DNA of 45,399 nucleotides from Chloroflexota bacterium (GCA_043819155.1 JBDRFC010000070.1:1-45399); one strand, 5' to 3'; positions 21,802 to 30,438 are shown, counted from the stretch's first letter. Notes: generated by a model not told the origin, from the sequence alone. A program made the numbers and translations.

Positions 21802-21838
21802 TTTCTTACTCCTTTTAAGTGATTTACTTATATACTAT

Positions 21839-22198
21839 TTACTTTTCGTACATATTATAATTATGCAGAGAGCTTGCCAGCTCTCTGCTATTTTCCAGCT
21901 GTTCCGTTAAGAATTTTTGAACGAGGTCGCAGGCTTCGCCTATCCTCGGGCTTGATAGCCTGTAATAAACCGTAGCGCCCTCGCGCCGTGTCGTTACAAT
22001 CCCCCTCTTGCGTAATATGGACAGATGCTGTGAAACATTTGGCTGAGAGATTCCAAGAGTAGATGATAGCTGCCCAACCGATTTTTCGCCTGTGCGCAAT
22101 TCGTGAACTAGCATCAATCGCTTGGGCTGAGCAAGGGTCTTACATACCTCAGCCTGTATCTCAAAAAGCCGGGCACTATGCTTTCTATTTATTTCCAT
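21839..22198 (-). CDS. ArsR/SmtB-family regulator with two Cys
   Basis: KTLAQPKRL, SQPNVSQHLSILR; Cys in EVCKTL and EACDLV. Confidence 0.93.
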   Translation of the reverse strand: MEINRKHSARLFEIQAEVCKTLAQPKRLMLVHELRTGEKSVGQLSSTLGISQPNVSQHLSILRKRGIVTTRREGATVYYRLSSPRIGEACDLVQKFLTEQLENSRELASSLHNYNMYEK

Positions 22199-22218
22199 AA
22201 TCTATAAACTTCCATCCT

Positions 22219-22264
22219 TATATAATAATATAATTATATTACCATACTACTTCCAACCTGTCAA
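22219..22264 (-). promoter_or_regulatory. promoter and AT-palindrome operator for the ArsR-DsrE-TusA-DsrMK-like operon
   Basis: TTGACA-17 bp-TAATAT; ATATAATTATAT palindrome overlapping the -10/start region. Confidence 0.55.
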
Positions 22265-22334
22265 TGCTATATCCATAAATTTCTTACAAAAAAACGATAA
22301 TTGAATATTGAATTAAAGGTATTGTTTGAACCAA

Positions 22335-22463
22335 TCACTGCCAGTCTGTTTTTATCCACTCCATTCCATGAGACATAATTACGCACGGAGCTCCCTCGTA
22401 TGGGATACCAAGATTGGCAAATATGACTTCATTCCGGCTCTTAAAAGTAACGACCTGCTCCAT
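22335..22463 (-). pseudogene. N-terminal remnant of an alpha/beta-hydrolase-like gene
   Basis: MEQVVTFKSRNEVIFANLGIPYEGAPCVIMSHG resembles hydrolase N-terminal strands plus the HG oxyanion motif; stops at 42 aa. Confidence 0.45.
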
Positions 22464-22796
22464 TTAACCCACGCAATACTGCATCACCTTGTTAGACCAG
22501 CATATATTCTAAAGCATGCCATATTCCAGCTCAAAGTGAACTTGGTTTTACTCTATCGTAGTTGGCAACATTATGAATAAATTTAGATTAATCAAGAACG
22601 AACCGACTAAGAACCCAAGTAATCAAATCTGATGTCAGTAATACAGTGCAACGAAGTCAAAGCCTGACGTAAGGTATTAGAAATACGTTAAACATAACGT
22701 AAAGGCAGTATATATGATTACTATAGTAGGGGTATTAAATGAATGGTTTTTTCCAGTATACTCTAGGAGGTAAATGCGATTTGCAGGTTTTGAGAT

Positions 22797-23333
22797 ATGA
22801 ATATAATCCCCAAAAGGCAACAGGTTGAGGTAAGGAAATCCCTTGAGGCTGAACTGGCGGGTCTCTATGGAGAATATTATGATAAAATCGCGCGATACGC
22901 CTGTCTGCACATCGGTAACAGAGTTGATGCTGAGGATGTTGCCGGAGATGTATTTTTAAAAGCCCTGGAGTCTCTGGGGTCATATGAAAAACGTGGTATT
23001 CCAATGCAGGCATGGTTATTTAAAATTGCACACAACCTTGTGGTTGATTACTTAAGGAAAATGAATAAAAGAAAGACGGTTGATATTGGCAGTGTCACAT
23101 TAGGATCCAAGGAATGTCCGGAGGCGACTGCCGAATTAAATATTGAAGTTGAGAGGGTTAAGAAAGCTATGGAGCTGCTCACCAGGGAGCAAAAAGAGGT
23201 TATATCTCTTCGTTTCTTCGGTGAACTAACTTCAAAAGAGACGGCGGCTATTATGGGTAAATCCGACGGGGCAGTGCGTGAAATGCAAAGGGCGGCGACT
23301 TCAAAACTACGAGTATTACTTGTTACAGATTAA
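22797..23333 (+). CDS. ECF sigma-70 factor
   Basis: DAEDVAGDVFLKA, AWLFKIAHNLVVD (sigma2); LTREQKEVISLRF (sigma4). Confidence 0.95.
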   Translation: MNIIPKRQQVEVRKSLEAELAGLYGEYYDKIARYACLHIGNRVDAEDVAGDVFLKALESLGSYEKRGIPMQAWLFKIAHNLVVDYLRKMNKRKTVDIGSVTLGSKECPEATAELNIEVERVKKAMELLTREQKEVISLRFFGELTSKETAAIMGKSDGAVREMQRAATSKLRVLLVTD

Positions 23334-23335
23334 AA

Positions 23336-24226
23336 ATGAGAAGTAATCAAATGGCTGATAAACTTAATAAAATACTGGATGATTGTATAAACCGCATCAA
23401 CAGTGGTGATAGCGTCGAATCGTGCCAGGCTGACTACCCTGGCTATTCGGAGCAGCTCAAGCCTTTGCTACAGGCTGCACTCCTTACTAAAAAAACATAT
23501 ACCTTTGTACCCGGCATAGAAGCCAAGACGGCGGCAAAGCATCGTTTCGATACCGCTATGGAGAAACGATTAAAAACAGAAAAGGAAACTCAATCCTGGT
23601 TAAGCAGGATTCTGGGAAAACCACTTACCTGGGCGGCTTTGGCTGCTGTGACGGCTGCCATAGTTGGTATTTACTTCGGTATAAATCAAACACTCTATCC
23701 AATTTCACCCATCGTACCGGACCCCAACCCTGAAGGTAATTTCATTTTACTTATCAGCGATGATGTTAACGCTATTAGCGATTTTAAGAGTGTAAATGTG
23801 TCTATTACAAAGGTAGGTCTCTTTTCGAACGCTAATGGGGGGTGGATGGAGTTCGTGCCGGATATAAAAGAGGTTGACCTGACTACCGTGCGGGGAGATA
23901 AATCACAGCAGATCTGGAGGGGCAATATACCGGAAGGCGAATATACAAAGGTCTTCATCTATGTTAGTAATGTCCAGGGCATATTAAAAGAAGCTATGGA
24001 TACGAACGGACAATCTGTAGAAATCAAATTACCAGGCAATAAACTGCATATATCAAAGTCTTTCAAGATAACGGAAAATACAGTGACCAGCTTTACCTAT
24101 GACCTTACCGTAATCGCTACCGGCAACGAGCAAAGCGGAATAAAATATATCCTCAAGCCGCAAGCGGATGAAAGCGGTGCCGACAATAAACCTGCCAACA
24201 ACAAGGAGAAGGATAAACAGGAGTAA
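23336..24226 (+). CDS. putative anti-sigma factor: cytoplasmic N-domain, one TM, extracellular DUF4382-like domain
   Basis: Directly after the ECF gene; N-terminal LDDCI...ESC..YP; TM helix; LISDD...GEYTKVFI...IKLP. Confidence 0.7.
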   Translation: MRSNQMADKLNKILDDCINRINSGDSVESCQADYPGYSEQLKPLLQAALLTKKTYTFVPGIEAKTAAKHRFDTAMEKRLKTEKETQSWLSRILGKPLTWAALAAVTAAIVGIYFGINQTLYPISPIVPDPNPEGNFILLISDDVNAISDFKSVNVSITKVGLFSNANGGWMEFVPDIKEVDLTTVRGDKSQQIWRGNIPEGEYTKVFIYVSNVQGILKEAMDTNGQSVEIKLPGNKLHISKSFKITENTVTSFTYDLTVIATGNEQSGIKYILKPQADESGADNKPANNKEKDKQE

Positions 24227-24367
24227 GGAAGCGCAAAGTGAGTTCGTTTGAATCCTGGTTTAGTTGCAGCTACTTATAATCGAATCTTAGCTCACCTGAC
24301 AATTTTTCTTGTTTCTCGTTATAGAGATTAGTAGAAGAATGAACAAGCTGCTAAAGGAGTAAAGGAA

Positions 24368-24613
24368 ATGACTATTGGTTTGGAGAGTTTGGACTTGCTG
24401 ACAGTCGGGCAAGTATCCAGAGCACTTCATATACATCCCAATACGGTGCGCCGTTGGAGTGACAATGGTATTTTGGAATCTTACCGTATAAGTGAGTGTA
24501 GAGACCGAAGGTTTAGAAAAGAGGATGTAATCCGGCTATTATTTGAATCATGGTTACCGGATTATGATGAAGAAAATACTGACCAGAAGGAAAGTTTATT
24601 TATCCACGTATAA
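24368..24613 (+). CDS. MerR-like/HTH_17 (excisionase/BldC-like) DNA-binding protein
   Basis: LLTVGQVSRALHIHPNTVRRWSDNG...DRRF. Confidence 0.85.
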   Translation: MTIGLESLDLLTVGQVSRALHIHPNTVRRWSDNGILESYRISECRDRRFRKEDVIRLLFESWLPDYDEENTDQKESLFIHV

Positions 24614-24641
24614 GGTTAATATAAAAAAGGAGGTTATCGCT

Positions 24642-25259
24642 ATGAAAAAAGCTTTTTCGTTTCTTGTCGTTTTACTGTTAACTACCATCCTTGTTCCCGG
24701 CTGTACTGTCATAACATCAACACCAACTAATTCTTCCACTTCCAGTTTACCCTCATCGGACTCCGATTTGCCGGATGGTATGGGCAGACTGGTAATCAAT
24801 ATCACCGATCCTCCGGTGCCTCTTGAAAACGTTGAGGTCAGCTTTGAAAATCTCGAAATTCACAAGGCTGGAGGACCATGGATAACAATACCCATGGACA
24901 ATGATACATTTGAGCTATTAGACCTCGACGGGGTAACAGATCTGCTTGCCAGCCATGTGGTCGAAGCCGGGATATATACCCAGATCAGGCTTGATTTAGC
25001 CACTGTACAGATCTGGGTTACCGGGGATGAAACACCACATGAAGCCAGGGTTCCAAGTGGTAGCATAAAGCTGGTGGGTAGCTTTAAAGTTACCGAGGGC
25101 GAGCAAACAGAAGTTACTGTTGATATCAACGGAGCAAAATCAGTCCAGACGGGTAACGGGGAATATATTTTCAGGCCTGTGGTTAAACTATTAATACCTG
25201 AATCAGCCAAGCCAGGCGATGAAACTGGAGAAGAAGATAACGCAGAAACAGAGACATAA
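24642..25259 (+). CDS. DUF4382-like lipoprotein
   Basis: AGGAGG RBS; start MKKAFSF at 24642; lipobox LVPGC; ITDPP...GIYTQIRL...VPSGSIKL. Confidence 0.8.
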   Translation: MKKAFSFLVVLLLTTILVPGCTVITSTPTNSSTSSLPSSDSDLPDGMGRLVINITDPPVPLENVEVSFENLEIHKAGGPWITIPMDNDTFELLDLDGVTDLLASHVVEAGIYTQIRLDLATVQIWVTGDETPHEARVPSGSIKLVGSFKVTEGEQTEVTVDINGAKSVQTGNGEYIFRPVVKLLIPESAKPGDETGEEDNAETET

Positions 25260-25277
25260 AAAATACGGTTTTACGAG

Positions 25278-25321
25278 TGGTGGGCCATTCTGGACTCGAA
25301 CCAGAGACCCCAGTCTTATCA
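25278..25321 (-). mobile_element. 3' half of tRNA-Ile(GAT), att-like scar
   Basis: Minus strand reads TGATAAGACTGGGGTCTCTGGTTCGAGTCCAGAATGGCCCACCA (anticodon loop, T-arm, CCA); no 5' half. Confidence 0.8.
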
Positions 25322-25465
25322 TAGAGGGGGTCAGAGGAAGCTCCGGCTGGGAGATTGTTATAATTTGTCATCATAACCTCCTACCGAAGATATTCAATTG
25401 CTATCAGTCTAATATCTAGGGGGAGAGTTGTCAATAGGCTTTAAATCTACGATCAATCTGTTATG

Positions 25466-25519
25466 AGAGTATCCGACTTTTAATCAGGGTGTCACAGGTT
25501 CGAGACCTGTACGGCCTAC
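25466..25519 (+). mobile_element. degenerate 3' portion of tRNA-Lys(TTT), att core candidate
   Basis: AGAGTATCCGACTTTTAATCAGGGTGTCACAGGTTCGAGACCTGTACGGCCTAC; 5' acceptor strand and CCA missing. Confidence 0.75.
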
Positions 25520-25538
25520 TTCGTAAATCCTCCTTTTC

Positions 25539-25559
25539 TGCTAACATTTTGCTAACATT
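25539..25559. repeat. tandem TGCTAACATT repeat (integrase arm-type site candidate)
   Basis: Two exact 10-mers with 11 bp period, 20 bp from the tRNA-Lys fragment. Confidence 0.6.
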
Positions 25560-26667
25560 GGTGTCTAACTTTCTGTTCTTGTCATTATTTACCTCAAATA
25601 TAATATCAAACTTGTCCGATGCTTCTTCTTGCAGCCCGGACAAGACGTGGCTGTAGATATCAAGAGTAATGCTAATGCTAGCATGGCCCAAGCGCTCAGA
25701 AACAATCTTTGGATGGACACCCTCCTTAAACAATAAAGTTGCATGGGTATGCCTCAGGTCGTGGATTCGGATATTTTTAAGGCCTGCTTTCTTGGTTATC
25801 CGCCGGAAAGCTAACGTTAAAGCGTTAGGATTAATCGGGTTGCCGTCATGTCTTATAAAAACAAAATCATCAGGTTCTAAACTAACACCAAGCTGTATCC
25901 TTAAAAGTTCCTGGTCGCTGCGATAGCTTTTTAACAATTCAACTAAGGAACGAGGCAGAGTAACAGTGCGCCTGCTGTGGCGTGTCTTCGGTTCTTTGAT
26001 AATGTAGTCGCCGTTACCAAGCTTATAAGCTGTTTCCATGACTACCAGCCTGGCTTCTTCTAGGTCCAGATTACGCCATCTTAAAGCAAGTCCTTCGCCA
26101 CGTCTGAGGCCAGTACAAAGCAGAGTGGCAAAATAGACGTAGTAATCCGTTTCCTTAGCAGCATCGAGAAACCTTACTATTTCTTCAGGTGATAAAGTAT
26201 TCATAGTTATTCTTTGTATCTTGGGCGGCTGGACAACATCGGCTATATTTCTTACTACCATGCCCATCTTAACGGCATAATCAAGAGCTTTGGACAGTAT
26301 CCGATGGTGATACACCACGCTTCTGGCAGAGAGGCCTTCTTTACCGTCGATTCTGCCATTGCTTATCTTCTCTGAGTAGTAGCTCTGTATGTGTTGAGGC
26401 TGTAAATCAGCAAGCGCTATCCTGCCAAGAGTTGGTATCATACCCTTTACCCTGTTCACCGCTTTGTTAGCGGCAAGGGTGATGGCTTAAGTAAATCATA
26501 TCATGGGAGGTAGTAAATTATGGTTTTTTTATATCCTCATCTCTACCGGTCAGATAGTCAGACTGGTCAGATAAAAAAGATAATAAATAATGAAAACTCA
26601 TCGTAAACACAGTGTAATCAATGTTAATAATATCACTTGTATATAAGGCAATAAATATAAAAGGAGC

Positions 26668-27465
26668 ATGGAAATGAACGAATTAAGTCTATCGATAAGA
26701 CGGCGGGTAATCAAGCTTTTCTTTGAAGGATTAGCCTATGATGATATCGTACTAAAGCTTGGAATAAGTCATGGATCAGTGGTTAATATTATCCAGGAAT
26801 TTAGAGAGGGAGACTTCTCCCTGACACAAAATATCAATGAATATATAGACACCTTAAGAAAGCTGGCGGTAGATATCAGAAAGAGTGATACCAGTACTAC
26901 CGAGGTTTTATGTTGCCTCAATATCTATAATAAAGTAAGGAAAATGGGTGTAGCCAATGAACAGGTCGATACGTGGCTGGATGTTACCAGGGAAGTTGCC
27001 TCCGGTTCCAACTCCGGTAAAGAGTTTGCCAGCGCGGCACTTGATCTGGCACGGCTTTCCTCCGAAAACGGACTTTCTTACAGTGAAAGTGTATCTAAGT
27101 GCAAGGATGGATATGATTATCTAGTCAAACTAAGGGAGAATATAGTTAATGCTAACCGAGAGCTTGAGAAAATAAATCAGGATAAAGAACAGTTGAAGCA
27201 GGAATTGGATACTCTAAAAAAGGATTTTGAAACAACACGTTTGAACTACAGAAAACAACGAACTGAACTTGATTCCGCTCAGAATCTATATCTTGCTAAA
27301 AATAAGCTAAGCTGGGATAGAATTAATGAGGTTATCGCCGTGGTTGAGTCGGGGTTTTCTGAATTAACCTTATCACCTGATGATATAAAGAAGATAAGGA
27401 AGCATATAGTAGCTTGTGGTTCCTTTTTTAGATTAGTGCAGCAACTCAAGAACAAAATAGGGTAA
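26668..27465 (+). CDS. hypothetical protein, N-terminal HTH + coiled coil
   Basis: YDDIVLKLGISHGSVVNII HTH-like segment; AAGGAG RBS. Confidence 0.7.
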   Translation: MEMNELSLSIRRRVIKLFFEGLAYDDIVLKLGISHGSVVNIIQEFREGDFSLTQNINEYIDTLRKLAVDIRKSDTSTTEVLCCLNIYNKVRKMGVANEQVDTWLDVTREVASGSNSGKEFASAALDLARLSSENGLSYSESVSKCKDGYDYLVKLRENIVNANRELEKINQDKEQLKQELDTLKKDFETTRLNYRKQRTELDSAQNLYLAKNKLSWDRINEVIAVVESGFSELTLSPDDIKKIRKHIVACGSFFRLVQQLKNKIG

Positions 27466-27536
27466 AGTTCGCTTTTGGTTGAATTACCCCCTGCGCCATT
27501 ATACACTCTACTTAACAAGAGTAGGGGGGTATTATT

Positions 27537-27914
27537 ATGTGGCAGAGATTTCTTAACAAAACCTTTAGGTCATTTCCTAAAGAAACACATACACAAACAC
27601 GCTGGGGTATATTCCAATTATTTATCTCCTTTGCAATATTCTTCATCGCTTGTTGGGTTGCGCTTTTGTCCATTTATTATTCCTTCAACGGGAGCAGTAT
27701 AGTGGGTGTGTATATAGTAGTGGTAGCTACAGTTCTATTAATATTTGGGATTATAAGTATGATATATGCCTTTTATCTAGGAGGCAAATATTTAACTACT
27801 GGCTCTCAAGACCCAACAGCATCTAAAGAAGATATTAAAAAAGCAGTAAAACTAATTAGAAAAGAAATAAGGAGGGTAAATGATAATAAAAGAAGAGACG
27901 ATAGAAATCCCTAA
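27537..27914 (+). CDS. hypothetical two-TM membrane protein
   Basis: Two hydrophobic segments and a charged tail; AT-rich. Confidence 0.6.
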   Translation: MWQRFLNKTFRSFPKETHTQTRWGIFQLFISFAIFFIACWVALLSIYYSFNGSSIVGVYIVVVATVLLIFGIISMIYAFYLGGKYLTTGSQDPTASKEDIKKAVKLIRKEIRRVNDNKRRDDRNP

Positions 27915-28038
27915 CTGTAAACAACATCATATTCGCTATTTCGTTGGTGCTTTCGCCAATAGCATATAGAAGGATTGTAGTTACAACCCAACCACCAAGT
28001 ATAACCCCTGCTACAACCTTCATATTAACTGAACCCAT
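27856..28038 (-). CDS. small hypothetical membrane protein
   Basis: One hydrophobic segment; overlaps the convergent ORF. Confidence 0.3.
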   Translation of the reverse strand: MGSVNMKVVAGVILGGWVVTTILLYAIGESTNEIANMMLFTVRDFYRLFFYYHLPSLFLF

Positions 28039-28096
28039 TATGGGTTATTATAGGACTAATAAATGAAGCAGTCAACCAAAAACGAACCTAACCAAA

Positions 28097-28137
28097 ATAA
28101 TCTATCTTATAGTATATATTACTATAAGATAGATTAT
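28097..28137. repeat. perfect 18-bp inverted repeat with 5-bp spacer
   Basis: ATAATCTATCTTATAGTA-tatat-TACTATAAGATAGATTAT. Confidence 0.9.
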
Positions 28138-28144
28138 GTAAACC
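28117..28144 (+). other. dif-like XerCD site 1
   Basis: TATTACTATAA-GATAGA-TTATGTAAACC; right arm matches the Bacillus-type TTATGTAAACT at 10/11. Confidence 0.5.
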
Positions 28145-28176
28145 GCATCAGAACGTATAATATATGTAGTAATAGT

Positions 28177-28204
28177 GGTTCGCACTATATATGTTATGTA
28201 AAAT
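28177..28204 (+). other. dif-like XerCD site 2
   Basis: GGTTCGCACTA-TATATG-TTATGTAAAAT vs E. coli GGTGCGCATAA-TGTATA-TTATGTTAAAT. Confidence 0.55.
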
Positions 28205-28274
28205 ACGTATAGTCAATATTGTCTAGCCGCGTTATCTAATAACTCCCCTGACTTTTTGTTAATCTTTGAAATCG

Positions 28275-28475
28275 TTACTTATCATTAGCCTTTTCTATCA
28301 GTTCTACATCATTTGCATTTACAGAAAACATATTTCCGTTTTCTTCCACGATATTAAATATTAGTCCATATTTTTTAATACCAAAAATTCTATATGAATG
28401 GTCTTTTGATTTAATTTTACCAACCTTGTCAATATAGTCGCCCTTTATTACTTTAACCTTATCGCCTGGTTTCAT
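28275..28475 (-). CDS. small KOW-motif protein
   Basis: MKPGDKVKVIKGDY...GKI. Confidence 0.65.
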   Translation of the reverse strand: MKPGDKVKVIKGDYIDKVGKIKSKDHSYRIFGIKKYGLIFNIVEENGNMFSVNANDVELIEKANDK

Positions 28476-28487
28476 TTTTTCTCTTCC

Positions 28488-29489
28488 CTACTTTTTGTCG
28501 TTAATTGCCTGCAACAATGATTGACCTAATTGGTTAACCATTTCAGAATCATAATGCTCTATATTACCCTCATCGCAAAGCCGAGCAAGTTGTGGATCTA
28601 TGGGGAGTTGCCCCAGTAATGGAACGCCGATTGAACTGGCTATCTCCTCTCCACGGCTTTTGCCAAAAATGTCAATCTTCTTATCGATTTCAGGTACATA
28701 CAAATAACTCATATTCTCGAATATACCAAGGATGCGCTTTTCCATATTCCGGGTCATATTCACTGCTTTTCTAACAATCATTTCAACGAGAATTTGAGGT
28801 GTGAATACAATTACTACCCCCGAAATTGGGAATGATTGCATTAGCGTAAGCGGTGCATCGGCAGTACCCGGCGGCAGGTCAACAATAAGATAGTCAAGCT
28901 TGCCCCAGAGCACATCTTCACCAAATTGCTGGATGGCCTTCCCAATTAGCGGACCCCTCCAGACAACAGCGTCATCCTCGTTTTCTAAAATAAGATTAAT
29001 GGACATTACTTCAATCCCTGACTTCGACATTACCGGTAATATACAGCCATCGTTGCCGCCCGGTTGAACCTTGAGGCCGAACATTTTGGGTATACTCGGG
29101 CCGGTAATATCGGCATCCAGAATGCCTACTTCAAAACCCTGACGTTTTAAGGCAACTGCAATAAGGCCGGATACTAAAGACTTCCCTACTCCCCCCTTGC
29201 CGCTCATTATGGCAACAATGTGATCTATCTTATTCAGGTCTTTTGCCTTAGCATCCACATATTCTACCTTTACCTCTTTAACATCGGGTATTTTTTCGAT
29301 AGCTTCTTTTACTTCACTCTCAATCCAGATCTGTGCTGCCGGTATCAGCCCTGTTGATGCTAAAGTAACATTCACTATTCCATCGTCTGTATTAACCTCA
29401 CGTACCAGATTCAAACCAACGATACTACGTTTTGCAGCAGGCACCAGTACGTTTTCCAGGCTTTCTTTTACTTGCTCTTCAGTTATCAT
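28488..29489 (-). CDS. Mrp/NBP35 (ApbC-like) ATPase with N-terminal DUF59 domain
   Basis: SGKGGVGKS, DADITGPS, WRGP, DLPPGT, ENMS. Confidence 0.93.
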   Translation of the reverse strand: MITEEQVKESLENVLVPAAKRSIVGLNLVREVNTDDGIVNVTLASTGLIPAAQIWIESEVKEAIEKIPDVKEVKVEYVDAKAKDLNKIDHIVAIMSGKGGVGKSLVSGLIAVALKRQGFEVGILDADITGPSIPKMFGLKVQPGGNDGCILPVMSKSGIEVMSINLILENEDDAVVWRGPLIGKAIQQFGEDVLWGKLDYLIVDLPPGTADAPLTLMQSFPISGVVIVFTPQILVEMIVRKAVNMTRNMEKRILGIFENMSYLYVPEIDKKIDIFGKSRGEEIASSIGVPLLGQLPIDPQLARLCDEGNIEHYDSEMVNQLGQSLLQAINDKK

Positions 29490-29621
29490 AAAATGCTCTC
29501 CAATTCCTCCTATTATTGATTTCAGATATTTCCATGTTGCCTTTCATCGAACCGTTTTTATCTTTTCAGATATAATTTTACCTCCTGTCGATATGATGCT
29601 AAGTTATAAAAGTAGCGTTAT

Positions 29622-30020
29622 CTAGTGTAGCCTTTGCATAAGATTGGGGAGCTTACCCACTAAATAAAGCTTTGCTGCTTCGTCGATATTCTTGACATCG
29701 GTGACTACCACATCTATATTTTGGTTTTTTAAACTTTCATAAGCACCCAGGCCCATACCTCCAGCAATAATAGCCGCACAGTCTGAAACTGTTTCAATCA
29801 TACTCTTATGCTTGATATGTGCATCCGCACCATAACCATGATGGCATTCATGAGCCGATTCAGGATTTGGTTGTTCATTGGCATTATGGTGCACTATCTT
29901 AGGCCGTGTCTCTTTACATATAACTTTGCCATCTTCAACTTTGATTATAACGTAATATAATGCCCTTCCAAAATGCTGGCTAATTGAAGTTTCGTCATCA
30001 GATACAACTGCAATTCTCAT
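29622..30020 (-). CDS. NifB/NifX-family metal-cluster-binding protein, His-rich
   Basis: MRIAV...ISQHFGRA...GGMG.GA. Confidence 0.88.
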   Translation of the reverse strand: MRIAVVSDDETSISQHFGRALYYVIIKVEDGKVICKETRPKIVHHNANEQPNPESAHECHHGYGADAHIKHKSMIETVSDCAAIIAGGMGLGAYESLKNQNIDVVVTDVKNIDEAAKLYLVGKLPNLMQRLH

Positions 30021-30023
30021 TAT

Positions 30024-30362
30024 TTACTCCTCTTTTTTATTAATTTTACTTTCCCCCACAAGTTTGCACGCATTCAACTCGAAATTGCCACCCCCTATCC
30101 TTATGGCTTTACCATTAAGCAAGGCGTCAGCAATTTTCTTCCTTGACGTTGATAACACTCTTTGAAAGGTTGACCTTGAGATTCGCATCCTTTCAGCACA
30201 CTGCTCCTGCTCCAGTCCTTCTAAATCTTTTAAACGAATCGCCTCAATTTCCTCCACGGATAGGCCAACCTCTTTAAGAAATCTCAATGGTATACCAGCT
30301 GGTTTATAGTAAGATACATCAGGTAGAAACTCGACTCTACGATACTTTTTCTGTCTTGGCAT
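30024..30362 (-). CDS. DUF134 putative DNA-binding protein
   Basis: MPR.K.RRV...YKPAG...EAIRLKDLEGLEQEQCAERM.ISR.TFQR. Confidence 0.93.
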   Translation of the reverse strand: MPRQKKYRRVEFLPDVSYYKPAGIPLRFLKEVGLSVEEIEAIRLKDLEGLEQEQCAERMRISRSTFQRVLSTSRKKIADALLNGKAIRIGGGNFELNACKLVGESKINKKEE

Positions 30363-30383
30363 AAGTTAATTCTTTATTTATTG

Positions 30384-30438
30384 TTTATTATGAGCATATG
30401 CTCATAATAAATATAACATAGAATCTTTTGCCCGTCAA
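30384..30438 (-). promoter_or_regulatory. promoter with perfect 28-bp palindromic operator
   Basis: TTTATTATGAGCAT|ATGCTCATAATAAA (30384-30411) abutting TTGACG-17 bp-TATATT. Confidence 0.75.

Larger units (their letters stand above)
25461..26459 (-). pseudogene. tyrosine integrase, probably 5'-truncated
   Basis: GLRRGE, KT, HDLRH, LGH and DIYSH catalytic motifs intact; begins mid core-binding domain with no arm-binding N-terminus. Confidence 0.85.

Noticed and set aside
22326-22580. 84-aa plus-strand ORF
   Set aside because: TTG start without an RBS and no motifs; the opposite strand carries a more protein-like remnant.
25278-25519. Two intact tRNA genes or a split-tRNA pair
   Set aside because: Both are 3' portions of different isotypes, lack 5' halves and cannot complement each other.
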